In this document: positions 9,742 through 20,663 of the stretch, one piece after another
How the letters are laid out: each line of letters starts with the position of its first letter
Numbering within the stretch: position 1 is the stretch's first letter
Assembly (NCBI GenBank): GCA_045615365.1
Contig: JAZLEQ010000047.1
Span: forward strand, 4,413-68,412
DNA length: 64,000 bases
From: Alphaproteobacteria bacterium
Lineage (GTDB): Bacteria; Pseudomonadota; Alphaproteobacteria; RF32; CAG-239
Direction: 5' to 3'
Notes under the pieces: generated by a model
Told to the model about the DNA's origin: nothing
What the model saw: the letters and a program-made list of their open reading frames with translations, nothing else
Database searches by the model: none
Translations under genes and position numbers: made by a program

Positions 9742-10784
9742 TGAGGTTCTTATTACTTATTATTTTATTTGTTATCACATTAACGCCTCCGACATTTGCG
9801 CAAATCGGAGAAGAAAGCGGGTTAATATCCGTTTATGCTACGGTTTGCGAAAAAATAACCAATGGTGAAAGTCGTTCTTCAGCGCGTATGCGAGCATCTG
9901 ATAAAGCTTCATTTAAAGCGGTTGAAAACATTGTTGAATTGAAAACATATAAAGATAATATGGATGGCCATAAGTTTAATTTGAAGGTTTATAATCTTGT
10001 TGATAACCACTTGGAAGATATAAAAATTGTTGTTGCTTCACAAACTGAAGAAGATGTATGTGTTGAGGTTTCCGCATTTATGAATCCGACATCAATTAAG
10101 GAAGTTTTTGCAAATGAAGATCCTCAACTCGAACCGTTAATCTCCGATAATGAAAACTTAAAAGAAGATGAAATGTTTTTGTCTGTTGAAGACGAACACA
10201 CTGATGAAAATGTTAATATAAGCATTCCTCCCAAACCGCAAATTGTTATACATGAAGATATCAGATATATTCCGGAAGAACAAAGTTCGTCTGAAGTTGC
10301 ACAATCGGAAGTTTCTGATAAGGGCGTCCACACCGAAAACAACAACGAAGAGGTTAATTCTTCTGAACTTACAAAAGTGTATATAGACAAAACATCTTTT
10401 TACAATAATACGGAAACCGATGGTTTTTATCCGTATATTGAACATGAATTAAACAAAAAAACTTACATTAAATCCTTAAATGAATTAAATAACCCTGATT
10501 ACATAGTAAAATCAAAAGTCTTAAAGGCTAGAGTTGACAGTATTAATTCTCAAACATCTCGTTTGCAAATAGTTGTGGCAGTCGATTTAATCGACACCCA
10601 AACAACCAAAACCATAACCGAACATCAAAATCGTTTTGTCTTATACAACTCATCGGAAGATGAACAAAAGACAGCTTCTGAACTGACCAAAAAATTAATC
10701 ATTGCTGCAGTTAAAAAAGTTGTTCCGCAAATAAAAGACAAACGCGTCAATGTCAAAAAAACAGCAGTAATTACTCCTCACTGA
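9741..10784 (+). CDS. Secreted protein, unknown function (acidic central region)
   Basis: The ATG overlaps the upstream stop (TGATG at 9739-9743). Signal peptide LLLIILFVITLTPPTFAQ. I recognise no firm family motif. Confidence 0.6.
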   Translation: MRFLLLIILFVITLTPPTFAQIGEESGLISVYATVCEKITNGESRSSARMRASDKASFKAVENIVELKTYKDNMDGHKFNLKVYNLVDNHLEDIKIVVASQTEEDVCVEVSAFMNPTSIKEVFANEDPQLEPLISDNENLKEDEMFLSVEDEHTDENVNISIPPKPQIVIHEDIRYIPEEQSSSEVAQSEVSDKGVHTENNNEEVNSSELTKVYIDKTSFYNNTETDGFYPYIEHELNKKTYIKSLNELNNPDYIVKSKVLKARVDSINSQTSRLQIVVAVDLIDTQTTKTITEHQNRFVLYNSSEDEQKTASELTKKLIIAAVKKVVPQIKDKRVNVKKTAVITPH

Positions 10785-10787
10785 AGA

Positions 10788-11540
10788 TTAGCTTTTAAGC
10801 CATGCAGGATGATTGGTTATATTATCTATTCTGTATGAAATTCCTGACAACGCCAATTTGTCGTCATTTTTTAAATATTCTTCAATTTCTTCATCGATTG
10901 CGTTTGCTAAAGACAAATTTTTCATGTTTTGATAAGGCGTATAAAAAACAATATCAATTTCTTCATTGTCATATATTCCATAATCAAATGCGCACAAGTG
11001 ATTTTTAATATTAGATAAAATGATGTTTACAATTTTTTTATAATCAACGGCCGCGTATGTAAAAGCATTTTTTTGAGCAAAATTAATTAAAGTTTCCTCT
11101 TTTATATTAAGGTTTTCATATTCGCTAATTCGGTGGAGGAGTGTTAAATCGCCCGTAATTAGAGCAAAACGAACAAAAATATTATAAAAGTATTTCAGGT
11201 TATCTCCAATTTTTGTAAGTTTATCTTCCAAAAGAATTTTTATTTTTTCAATTTCACCGAGATTAATAAGATTATCACAGTATATCAGTTGAAAAAAGTC
11301 GGTCAATTCTGCCCCTTGTTGCCATATTAAAGCTTCTGTATCAAGAGCTTTTGTTCGGTTACCGGACATTATTTCGGCCATCATCATAACAATTAGCGCG
11401 TCTGAATTATTGTTATTTTTTTCTGAGATACAGATTAGTTTTTGTCGCAATTTTTCAATTTCGGAAGTTTGAGAATAATTTAAATGCATCAAATCACAAG
11501 CAACTGAACGAATGGTTTGCGGTTTGTTCGCGTTTTCCAT
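10788..11540 (-). CDS. Hypothetical protein (helical-repeat-like)
   Basis: 250-aa ORF starting 1 nt after the dtd stop (TAA T ATG on the minus strand). No motif recognised. Confidence 0.55.
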   Translation of the reverse strand: MENANKPQTIRSVACDLMHLNYSQTSEIEKLRQKLICISEKNNNNSDALIVMMMAEIMSGNRTKALDTEALIWQQGAELTDFFQLIYCDNLINLGEIEKIKILLEDKLTKIGDNLKYFYNIFVRFALITGDLTLLHRISEYENLNIKEETLINFAQKNAFTYAAVDYKKIVNIILSNIKNHLCAFDYGIYDNEEIDIVFYTPYQNMKNLSLANAIDEEIEEYLKNDDKLALSGISYRIDNITNHPAWLKS

Positions 11541-11541
11541 A

Positions 11542-11982
11542 TTATTTTCTTTCTAACATAAAAGTTACCGGCCCGTCATTTACGAGAGATACTTGCATAT
11601 CTGCTTGAAAAATTCCACATTGAACTTCGATTCCGAAATTTTTTAAGCATTCAACAAAATACTCATACAATGGTTTTGCCACATCAGGGTGGGCTGCGTT
11701 ATCAAATCCCGGGCGATTCCCTCGCGATGTGTCTCCGGCAAGTGTAAATTGTGACACTGCCAAAATTTGTCCCTTTATATCCAAAACGGAAAGGTTCATT
11801 TTTTCATTTTCATCTTCAAAAATTCGCAAATTTGCGGTTTTTTTTGCCAAATATTCAGCCTGATTTTTGTCATCGCCTTTTTCAATTCCTACTAAAAGCA
11901 AAAAACCTTGTCCTATAGCGGCTACAGTTTTTTCTTCAACAACAACATTTGCATTTTTAACTCTTTGAATTAAAACTTTCAT
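11542..11982 (-). CDS. dtd: D-aminoacyl-tRNA deacylase
   Basis: 146 aa with MKVLIQRV...[17 protein letters not shown]...GPVT, typical of Dtd. Confidence 0.9.
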   Translation of the reverse strand: MKVLIQRVKNANVVVEEKTVAAIGQGFLLLVGIEKGDDKNQAEYLAKKTANLRIFEDENEKMNLSVLDIKGQILAVSQFTLAGDTSRGNRPGFDNAAHPDVAKPLYEYFVECLKNFGIEVQCGIFQADMQVSLVNDGPVTFMLERK

Positions 11983-11997
11983 TTTTTTTCCTTTTTT

Positions 11998-13224
11998 TTA
12001 GTGATAAAATAAATAAGCCAAAGTAATGGCAGAGATTATTCCGGCAAAATCAGCCAACAAAGCTAATGGTAAAGCAGCACCTGTTTTTGAAACTTTAATT
12101 GCGCCGAAATAAATCGCAAGCACATAGAAAGTTGTTTCGGTAGAACCTTGTATTATGGATGACGTAAACGCTGCAAAACTGTCCACTCCGTATACAGTAA
12201 ATGTATCCAACATCATTGCTCGCGCACCGCTTCCCGATAATGGTTTCATTATAGCGGTGGGCAATGCGGCCACAAAATCCGTATTTATATTGAAAGAGGT
12301 AAGTATATTTGTAATTGCCGAGCATATATAATTCAAACCTCCGGATGTTCTGAACACAGCAATTGCCGTAAGCATTGCAACCAAATACGGGATTATTTGC
12401 ACCGCAATTTTAAAACCATCTTTTGCTCCATCAATAAACAGTTCATAAACAGGTTGTTTCTTCACTATTCCCGAAACAATAAAAGTAATTGTCAGAGCAA
12501 ATAAAGTAATGTTGCTTAAAATATATGAAAATTTTGCACGCATTTCCGGAGAAAGAGCGCTGAAAGAAAATGCAACAAAAACAATAAATGTAATAATTGT
12601 AATGAGATAAAACAAAACAACTTTATTAAAAATGTTAATTTTTTGCCACAACATTGTTGCTATAAAACCGACTAATGTGGATATTGATGTTGCAAGTAAA
12701 ATAGGAATGAAAACAGCCGCCGGATTCGCTGCACCGAACTGAAATCTATACATTAAAACAGTAATGGGAATAAGAGTTACGGAAGATGAATTAATAACCA
12801 TAAACAAAACTTGAGCATTTGAAGCTTTATCTTTATGAGAATTGCATTCTTGCAATTGCTCCATTGCTTTAAGTCCCATGGGTGTTGCCGCATTATCAAG
12901 CCCCAAAACATTTGCGGCAATATTCATAACCATAGAAGCGAACGCCGGAGATTGTTTGGGAACATCAGGCATGATTTTATAAAACAAAGGTTTTAGTATT
13001 TTGGCCAGAATTTCCATTAAACCGGATTTTTCGGCAATTTTCATTAGTCCGAGCCAAAAACATAAAATCCCTGTGAGGTTAATTGATATTTTGAAAGCGT
13101 TTTCTGCGCTTTCAAACATAGTCTTTACCATTTCGGACCAAACATCCCAATTCCCGTTATTGCTTTCGATTAATGCAAAAACAGTTGCTAATATAAAAAA
13201 TCCGGCCCAAATAAAGTTCAACAT
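11998..13224 (-). CDS. Nucleoside-recognition-domain membrane protein (SpmA/SpmB-like fusion)
   Basis: 408-aa polytopic membrane protein. The N- and C-terminal halves resemble spore-maturation A/B-type nucleoside-recognition domains. Confidence 0.65.
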   Translation of the reverse strand: MLNFIWAGFFILATVFALIESNNGNWDVWSEMVKTMFESAENAFKISINLTGILCFWLGLMKIAEKSGLMEILAKILKPLFYKIMPDVPKQSPAFASMVMNIAANVLGLDNAATPMGLKAMEQLQECNSHKDKASNAQVLFMVINSSSVTLIPITVLMYRFQFGAANPAAVFIPILLATSISTLVGFIATMLWQKINIFNKVVLFYLITIITFIVFVAFSFSALSPEMRAKFSYILSNITLFALTITFIVSGIVKKQPVYELFIDGAKDGFKIAVQIIPYLVAMLTAIAVFRTSGGLNYICSAITNILTSFNINTDFVAALPTAIMKPLSGSGARAMMLDTFTVYGVDSFAAFTSSIIQGSTETTFYVLAIYFGAIKVSKTGAALPLALLADFAGIISAITLAYLFYH

Positions 13225-13234
13225 AAGAAATCTG

Positions 13235-14155
13235 CTAAATTCCGAGGTTAATAATTTTTTGCGATTTTTTCAGTTTGGTAAGTTTTTCGCTTATAACTGC
13301 GGTATCGCGTCCGGATTTGGCCAGTCGCTCATACATTCTGGATATTTCTTTTTCCAAATATGCTTCTTCAATTTCGTTTAAAAGTTCTTGTTTTTGTTCT
13401 TTTGAACCGTTTAGTTCAATTTCATCCATCCTTTTTATCAAATCTTCAACCCAAACTGTTCCGGTTTTATTTTTTATGAAATAAGGCATTTCATAAGCCA
13501 TTTTTCTTGCATGATAATATGCTTCCTTAAAACTTTCGCATTCATTATAGCGAATTTTCAGCAAACGAAATGCTATTTCCAATTCTTCATTGTTATCAAC
13601 AACAATAAAAGGCACAGGCTGAGCAAAACCGGACTTAACCATTTCTTTTAAATATTCTAAAATATGATAAAAAAACCCGTTGATGTTATATATTATAAAT
13701 GGTTTTGTTTTAATAAAACCATCTTGCATGGCTACACAATCGTAAGCCAATTCATCTAAAGTTCCTACACCTCCCGGAGCAAAAACCACGATATCTGCTT
13801 CAAGCAGTTTTTTCTTTCTGTTTTCAAGCGTATCGGTCAAAACAACATTTGTAATTTTTTCTAACAGTTCATCCCTTTGATACAACTTATAGTATTCTTG
13901 AGTGGTAATTCCCACAATAGGACTTACTTTGGTATAATATTCATCTTTTCTTTTTTTCCATTCATCCAAAACACCTTTTGCAACAGCCCCCATAACACCA
14001 CTGTTTGAAAAACCATAATCCAAACGGAAACCGAGTTTGGCTATAAGGCGTCCCATTTCATAAGTTTCTTGTTCATAAATCGGGTCGTCGCCGGAGGAAT
14101 GACCTCCGGAAATACAAACTCTCAAATTATGAATTTCGCATTCTTTATTTTCCAT
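13235..14155 (-). CDS. LOG/TIGR00730-family Rossmann protein with a C-terminal extension
   Basis: PGGVGTLDE motif and GFSNSGVMGAV region typical of the LOG family. About 100 extra coiled-coil-like residues at the C-terminus. Confidence 0.7.
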   Translation of the reverse strand: MENKECEIHNLRVCISGGHSSGDDPIYEQETYEMGRLIAKLGFRLDYGFSNSGVMGAVAKGVLDEWKKRKDEYYTKVSPIVGITTQEYYKLYQRDELLEKITNVVLTDTLENRKKKLLEADIVVFAPGGVGTLDELAYDCVAMQDGFIKTKPFIIYNINGFFYHILEYLKEMVKSGFAQPVPFIVVDNNEELEIAFRLLKIRYNECESFKEAYYHARKMAYEMPYFIKNKTGTVWVEDLIKRMDEIELNGSKEQKQELLNEIEEAYLEKEISRMYERLAKSGRDTAVISEKLTKLKKSQKIINLGI

Positions 14156-14158
14156 GTT

Positions 14159-15319
<1,161 letters not shown>

Positions 15320-15352
15320 TCAATAAGAAAATAAAAGCAAGAAATTTGATTT

Positions 15353-16048
15353 CTAATTATTAAGCAATTCGGCATCCAAAGAGTATCCGCCGGCTCTTAC
15401 CGTTCGAATATAGTCATCACCATATTTATTCAAGGCTTGGCGTAATCTGCGGATATGGACATCAACCGTGCGAGATTCTACATGGACATTGTTTCCCCAC
15501 ACATTTTTCAGTAGAAAGCTTCTTGAAAATACTTTGCCTGGGGATTCCATAAGCATCTTCAATAATCTGAACTCTGTCGGTCCGAGATGAATGGAATTGC
15601 CTCCTCTGAATACCTTTTTTTCAATCAAATCAATTTTAATATCCAAAAAAGATATTTCTTTTTCTTCAATGGGTTCGGGAGCGTGTCGGAGTTGCGCTTT
15701 AACTCTGGCCATAAGTTCGGCTACAGAGAAAGGTTTTGTTACGTAATCATCCGCACCGGCGCCAAAGCCCTTAACTTTGTCTTCTTCTTGTCCTTTTGCC
15801 GTTAGCATTATTATTGGAATATCTTTAATATCGGGGCGTGAACGAATTAGTTTGCAAAGCTCAACTCCTGAAATTTCAGGCAACATCCAGTCAAGCAAAA
15901 CAACCGACGGATGATTTTTTTCGATATCACTCAAAACCTTGTTTCCCCTGCTTTGTTGAATGACCTTATAGCCTTCTTTTTCAAGGTTGTATTTAAGCAT
16001 AATACTTATAGGTTCTTCGTCTTCAACCACCATAATTAAAGGTTTCAT
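15353..16048 (-). CDS. phoB: OmpR-family response regulator, PhoB-like
   Basis: Close by-eye match to E. coli PhoB along its length (VVEDEEPI, LLDWMLP, MLTA+GEEEDKV, GADDYVTKPFS, RTVDVHIRRLR). No adjacent phoR or pst genes. Confidence 0.7.
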   Translation of the reverse strand: MKPLIMVVEDEEPISIMLKYNLEKEGYKVIQQSRGNKVLSDIEKNHPSVVLLDWMLPEISGVELCKLIRSRPDIKDIPIIMLTAKGQEEDKVKGFGAGADDYVTKPFSVAELMARVKAQLRHAPEPIEEKEISFLDIKIDLIEKKVFRGGNSIHLGPTEFRLLKMLMESPGKVFSRSFLLKNVWGNNVHVESRTVDVHIRRLRQALNKYGDDYIRTVRAGGYSLDAELLNN

Positions 16049-16107
16049 GGTAAAATCCTTAAGTTAGAATAAACATAATGTAACATAATAAAAGTTTGAT
16101 ATTAAAA

Positions 16108-16743
16108 TTATCTTAAGGCCGCGATATTTTCTTTAATCTCTCCGCCTACAAAAACAGCGCTTCCCGCAACCAGCATATCAGCTCCTGCAGCAACCGCCTG
16201 AGCGGCAGTTAACGGATTGATACCGCCGTCAACACTTAAGATAATATTTTTTTCACCTATCATTTTTTTTATTTTTGTAATCTTTTCTATTTGGTTGTCC
16301 ATAAATTTTTGACCGCCAAACCCGGGGTTTACGGTCATTACCAAAATCAAATCAAGTTTGTCAATAACATATTCCAACACATTTTCCGATGTTGACGGGT
16401 TAAGTGCAACACCAGCCTTTAGACCGAGAGCGTGAATTGCATCAATTGTTTTATCCAAATGCGGACAAACCTCCGCATGAACAGTAATCATATCAACACC
16501 TGCCAATGCAAACCATTCCAGCATATCATCGGGATTTTGCACCATAAGGTGCGCATCAAACGGCAGGCTTGTGTATTTTCGTATTGACTTTATTACACAT
16601 GGTCCAAAGGTCAGATTAGGAACAAAATTGCCGTCCATGACATCTAAATGAACCATATCTGCTTTGGCTTCCGTAATTTTGATAATTTCATCTTTCAAGT
16701 TGGCAAAATCAGCCGATAACAAACTCGGAGCAATCATCACCAT
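16108..16743 (-). CDS. rpe: Ribulose-phosphate 3-epimerase
   Basis: IAPSLLSADFANL, HLDVMDG.FVPN, MTVNPGFGGQKF, DGGI. Confidence 0.92.
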   Translation of the reverse strand: MVMIAPSLLSADFANLKDEIIKITEAKADMVHLDVMDGNFVPNLTFGPCVIKSIRKYTSLPFDAHLMVQNPDDMLEWFALAGVDMITVHAEVCPHLDKTIDAIHALGLKAGVALNPSTSENVLEYVIDKLDLILVMTVNPGFGGQKFMDNQIEKITKIKKMIGEKNIILSVDGGINPLTAAQAVAAGADMLVAGSAVFVGGEIKENIAALR

Positions 16744-16893
16744 AATATTTCTCCTTAAAATTTATAAAATAATGTCTAAATCATAGATTGAAAGTTTTTT
16801 AAAAGCAACGGCAATCTTGTTTTGATTAAAAAAGAGATTATCTGAATTGCAATACCGTTTTTTTAATTAATCACTTGTAAAAGGAGATAAAAT

Positions 16894-17406
16894 ATGGCTG
16901 AAATGGCACAAAAAATAATAAAAGTTGATAAAACCGAACTTTTGGATTTGCTAAATATTGCCTTTGTTGAAGAATGGCTTGCGTATTATCAATATTGGCT
17001 TGGCGCCAGATTAATTGTAGGCCCCATGCGCAATGCAATTGCCGATGAATTCAACGAGCACGCAGGAGAAGAACTTAAACACGCGGAAATGATTGCGCAA
17101 AGAATAATAGAATTAGGCGGAACTCCGATTCTGAACCCTAACAGATGGCAGGAAGTTGCTCTTTGTAAATATGATGAACCGGAGAAGCCCTATGTAATGA
17201 ATTTGTTGGAACAAAATTTAACGGCAGAACGTTGCGCAATAGTTCGTTATCAAAAGATTTGCGAAATGACTTTCGGCAAAGATTACGAGACATATCGAAT
17301 TGCTGCCAAAATATTGCATGAGGAAATTGAGCATGAAGAAGAAATAAATACCTATAAAGAAGACATAATACAAGCTTGTAAGTATAAAGATCAGCTGCAA
17401 CCGTAA
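16894..17406 (+). CDS. Ferritin-like protein (Dps-like / bacterioferritin-related)
   Basis: 170 aa with the four-helix-bundle di-iron pattern EEW..YYQY, EEL.HAE.I..RI and EEIEHEEE. RBS AAGGAG upstream. Confidence 0.7.
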   Translation: MAEMAQKIIKVDKTELLDLLNIAFVEEWLAYYQYWLGARLIVGPMRNAIADEFNEHAGEELKHAEMIAQRIIELGGTPILNPNRWQEVALCKYDEPEKPYVMNLLEQNLTAERCAIVRYQKICEMTFGKDYETYRIAAKILHEEIEHEEEINTYKEDIIQACKYKDQLQP

Positions 17407-17621
17407 TGCTTTGAAAAACAACAATAAATAAAAAGTTGATAAATAATTATTGACAGATATGTTGAAATGTGTCAAAATTTTGTCAAATAGAATCGGGTAG
17501 TAATTAAAAAATAAAAGTGAATTTTATCTGTCGCGAAGGCTTTTTTTATTACGGATCATAGTTACTACTCCAACAAACCTCAGAGATCTGTATTAAAATA
17601 CAAAATGCCGAAACAGATAAA

Positions 17622-17655
17622 GAAGTCTCGCCTTAACGCGAGACTTTCTTTTTTT
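17622..17655 (+). terminator. Strong orphan rho-independent terminator in the ferritin-tatD spacer
   Basis: Stem AAGTCTCGC (17623-17631) / GCGAGACTT (17638-17646) followed by a T-run. It lies about 215 nt downstream of the ferritin-like stop. Confidence 0.7.
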
Positions 17656-17723
17656 AATAAATGTTGAAAACAAAAAATATTTGTCTAAACTCAAGTTGTT
17701 ATTAACAACATTAAGGATAAAAA

Positions 17724-18455
17724 ATGCAATATATCGACACTCACATTCATTTAACCGATTTTGCATCCGATAAACAAGAATATTTGATTCAAAAGTTAAG
17801 GAACAAATTTTATAAAATTGTTTGTGTGTCTGCAAAACCGGATGATTGGTGCAAAGTTGCCGAAATTTCACGGAAATACCCTGAATTTGTTATACCGGCG
17901 TTCTGTTTGCACCCATGGTATATTGCACAAACTTCAAGCGACTGGTATCAAAAATTGGAACAATATCTGAAAAAATTTCCCAATTCATGGATAGGAGAAT
18001 GTGGTTTGGATATGTTGAAAGCAAAAGATATAGATGCCCAGTCTGAAGTTTTCGATATTCATATACAACTTGCTTGTAAATATAATCGCGTGTTGAATAT
18101 CCATTCCTTAAAAGCAGATACTCAAATGTTCCCCTTGCTTGATAAAATTTCATCTAAAGCTGTTTTCCACTCATATGGCAGCGATGTAGGTTTTTTGCGA
18201 ACAATAACCGTTAAAGGTTTTTATGCTTCTTTTTCGGCAGCTTCATTGCAACGCAAAAACTTTTCAGAACTGATAAATAATGCTCCCCTTGATAAAATTT
18301 TGACCGAAAGCGACGCCCCATATATGTCTTCTTCAGATGATATTCCGAAATTAATAAAGGTAATTTCCGAGATAAAAAACATTGATATTAATGAATTGAT
18401 GTCTAAAATAAACAAAAACTTTAAGGAGCTTGACTATGCAAAACAAACGTTTTAA
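17724..18455 (+). CDS. TatD-family metal-dependent hydrolase
   Basis: N-terminal IDTHIHL, internal ECGLD, NIHS, FHSY and TESDAPY motifs. Confidence 0.8.
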   Translation: MQYIDTHIHLTDFASDKQEYLIQKLRNKFYKIVCVSAKPDDWCKVAEISRKYPEFVIPAFCLHPWYIAQTSSDWYQKLEQYLKKFPNSWIGECGLDMLKAKDIDAQSEVFDIHIQLACKYNRVLNIHSLKADTQMFPLLDKISSKAVFHSYGSDVGFLRTITVKGFYASFSAASLQRKNFSELINNAPLDKILTESDAPYMSSSDDIPKLIKVISEIKNIDINELMSKINKNFKELDYAKQTF

Positions 18456-19188
18456 ACGCACGGAAATGCTTTTGGGCGAAAAAGGACTGAGATTGCTGCA
18501 ATCTGCAAAAGTCATGATTATAGGGCTTGGAGCGGTGGGCGGATATGTTTTGGAAGGTTTGGCAAGAGCGGGGGTCGGACATTTTGTTTTGGTTGATTTT
18601 GATACATTTGAAGAAAGTAACATAAATCGTCAAATTTTAGCAACATCGGAAACGTTAGGACAGAAAAAAATTTTTGCTGCCAAACAAAGAGTTTTAAGCA
18701 TAAATCCTAAAGCTTCAGTTGTTGTTGAAGATATGTTCGTAAATTCCGACAATATTCCGAATTTGCTAAAAAATTCTCCTGATTTCGTTGTCGATGCCAT
18801 AGATGCCTTAAATCCTAAATGCAATCTGATACAATCGTTGGTCGATGCAAATATTCCCTTTATATCTTCCATGGGAGCAGCACTTAAAACCGATGCTTCA
18901 AAAATAAAATACGGAGTATTATCGCAAAGCAAAAATTGTTCATTGGCCAAATTTGTTCGCAAAAGATTACGCAAAAGGGGAGTGGATATTTCAAAAATAA
19001 ATGCTGTTTGGTCAGAAGAGCAGATTCTTCTTCCCGAAACAGCTCTTTGTTGCGAAGCAACAGGTGAAGAAAACGGACGTATCCGCAACAATCTGGCATC
19101 GTTGCCTACCATAACCGCAATATTCGGATTAGTTATAGCAAATCAGGCAATTATTCAATTATCGGATTTTAAAAAACAAAATTTTTAA
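18430..19188 (+). CDS. tcdA: tRNA threonylcarbamoyladenosine dehydratase (ThiF/E1-like)
   Basis: FKRTEMLLGEKGLRLLQSAKVMIIGLGAVGGYVLEGLARAGVGHFVLVDFD..ESNINRQ. Overlaps tatD by 26 nt. Confidence 0.75.
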   Translation: MTMQNKRFKRTEMLLGEKGLRLLQSAKVMIIGLGAVGGYVLEGLARAGVGHFVLVDFDTFEESNINRQILATSETLGQKKIFAAKQRVLSINPKASVVVEDMFVNSDNIPNLLKNSPDFVVDAIDALNPKCNLIQSLVDANIPFISSMGAALKTDASKIKYGVLSQSKNCSLAKFVRKRLRKRGVDISKINAVWSEEQILLPETALCCEATGEENGRIRNNLASLPTITAIFGLVIANQAIIQLSDFKKQNF

Positions 19189-19262
19189 CCAGTTTTTAAG
19201 CTTAGGTATGATATCATTCCCTCAAAAATTGTTGTTTTCGGATAAAAAAAAGGATTTTTACT

Positions 19263-20120
19263 ATGCAAATGATAAAACCTATCGTCAATTTTTCAAAAGT
19301 AGCCGACGATTATGATACATTTGTTTTTGGTTTTAACGGCGTATTATACGACGGAATTTCGGTTATTCCCGAAGCAATAAATTGTCTTAAAAATTTATAT
19401 TCATTGCAAAAAAAAATCATTATTGTGAGCAATACTTCATTAAGGGTTAAGGAGATTGTTGAGATATTAAAACAAAACAATGTTCCCTTGCAAATTTTTT
19501 CCAATATAATAACCGCAGGTGAAATTTTACATTATAAATTAAAAATAGGGCAGGGGAAATATGAAGCATTGGGCAATAAGTATTTTCATTTGGGTTCAAA
19601 AAAAGAAAAAGGAGTATTTGCAGGGCTTGATTATACTGAAGTCTCCTCAGTGGAAGAAGCTCATTTTATATATATGAGTGCGGTTTCTGATATTAACGAT
19701 CTCAGTGATGCATATCGTCCTATTTTGGAGCAAGCTGTAAGTTTGGGGCAGCCTTTCGTATGCGCCGGCAATGACACATCGTGTTTTTGCAAAGGAAAAC
19801 TATGCCTGGCTCCGGGAGCACTTGCTGAAGCTTATGCCGTTTTAGGCGGGCAAATAATTACTATAGGAAAACCCGATGTTAAAATAATGCAATACGCCTT
19901 GGAGGGAATTGGCGGTGAAAATATTGTTGTTGTCGGCGATAATGTGGCAACTGACATAAAATCAGCAACCCTTCTTGGTTTTGATTCTGTTCTTATCTCT
20001 AAAGGCAGACATGTTAATTTCTTGGGAGAGGGGTATATTCCGGATGTTGCCAAAACCAGAGATTTATCCAACAATTATGACGTTTCGCCGAATTGTGTAA
20101 TCTCACAAATGAGGTGGTAA
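19263..20120 (+). CDS. HAD-IIA-like protein; nucleophile motif appears degenerate
   Basis: The layout resembles alphaproteobacterial TIGR01459-type HAD proteins (SNTS, GKP, VVGDNVATDI). Motif I reads FGFNGVLYDG where DxxG..G is expected. Confidence 0.6.
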   Translation: MQMIKPIVNFSKVADDYDTFVFGFNGVLYDGISVIPEAINCLKNLYSLQKKIIIVSNTSLRVKEIVEILKQNNVPLQIFSNIITAGEILHYKLKIGQGKYEALGNKYFHLGSKKEKGVFAGLDYTEVSSVEEAHFIYMSAVSDINDLSDAYRPILEQAVSLGQPFVCAGNDTSCFCKGKLCLAPGALAEAYAVLGGQIITIGKPDVKIMQYALEGIGGENIVVVGDNVATDIKSATLLGFDSVLISKGRHVNFLGEGYIPDVAKTRDLSNNYDVSPNCVISQMRW

Positions 20121-20651
20121 ATGCTTTGGTGGGTAAAATATATAATTAATTTTTTTGTCTTTTTGTTTCTTGCATTTATAATCGGAACACCTGTTTCCGA
20201 TATCGGTGAAAATAAAAGATATATGGAAATGCCTGTTGCCGGACAAAAATTTACTTCTGACGAATTGGAAGAGTTTTTATATGTATGGTCCAAAATGAAC
20301 AATAGTTCTTTAAGAGGGATATTGGGGCAACTTTCACTTAAATCAAAATATGAATATCCGAAGGAGTTGGTGAAATGGCTCGAGGTTCAAAATTGGAATA
20401 TTGATCGATTTTTTTATAATGAGCAGCGACTGACCGAGTTGATTTTTTTTGTTAACCTGAAACGAAGTATTGCCGAACACGAAAAAATGCAACAAATTAC
20501 CAATGTTAATTTGCAAAACATAATAAAAGAACAGCAAGAGATATTGAAAAAATCTTCGTTTGATGATGACGAAATAGAACTGATAACAAAAAATTTCGTA
20601 GAAATAAACAAATTTATGGAAAAAAAGAAAATTTTAGAAGACTTAAAGTAG
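20121..20651 (+). CDS. Small N-terminally anchored protein, unknown function
   Basis: The ATG directly abuts the HAD stop (TAAATG). N-terminal TM helix (YIINFFVFLFLAFIIG) followed by a charged helical region. Confidence 0.55.
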   Translation: MLWWVKYIINFFVFLFLAFIIGTPVSDIGENKRYMEMPVAGQKFTSDELEEFLYVWSKMNNSSLRGILGQLSLKSKYEYPKELVKWLEVQNWNIDRFFYNEQRLTELIFFVNLKRSIAEHEKMQQITNVNLQNIIKEQQEILKKSSFDDDEIELITKNFVEINKFMEKKKILEDLK

Positions 20652-20663
20652 GGAGTATGAAAT

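Noticed and set aside
16744-16893. A possible Fur box upstream of the ferritin-like gene (GATTATCTGAATTGCAAT, about 16840-16857).
   Set aside because: It is only a partial, asymmetric resemblance to the GATAATGATAATCATTATC consensus in very AT-rich DNA. That is not enough support to call a site.
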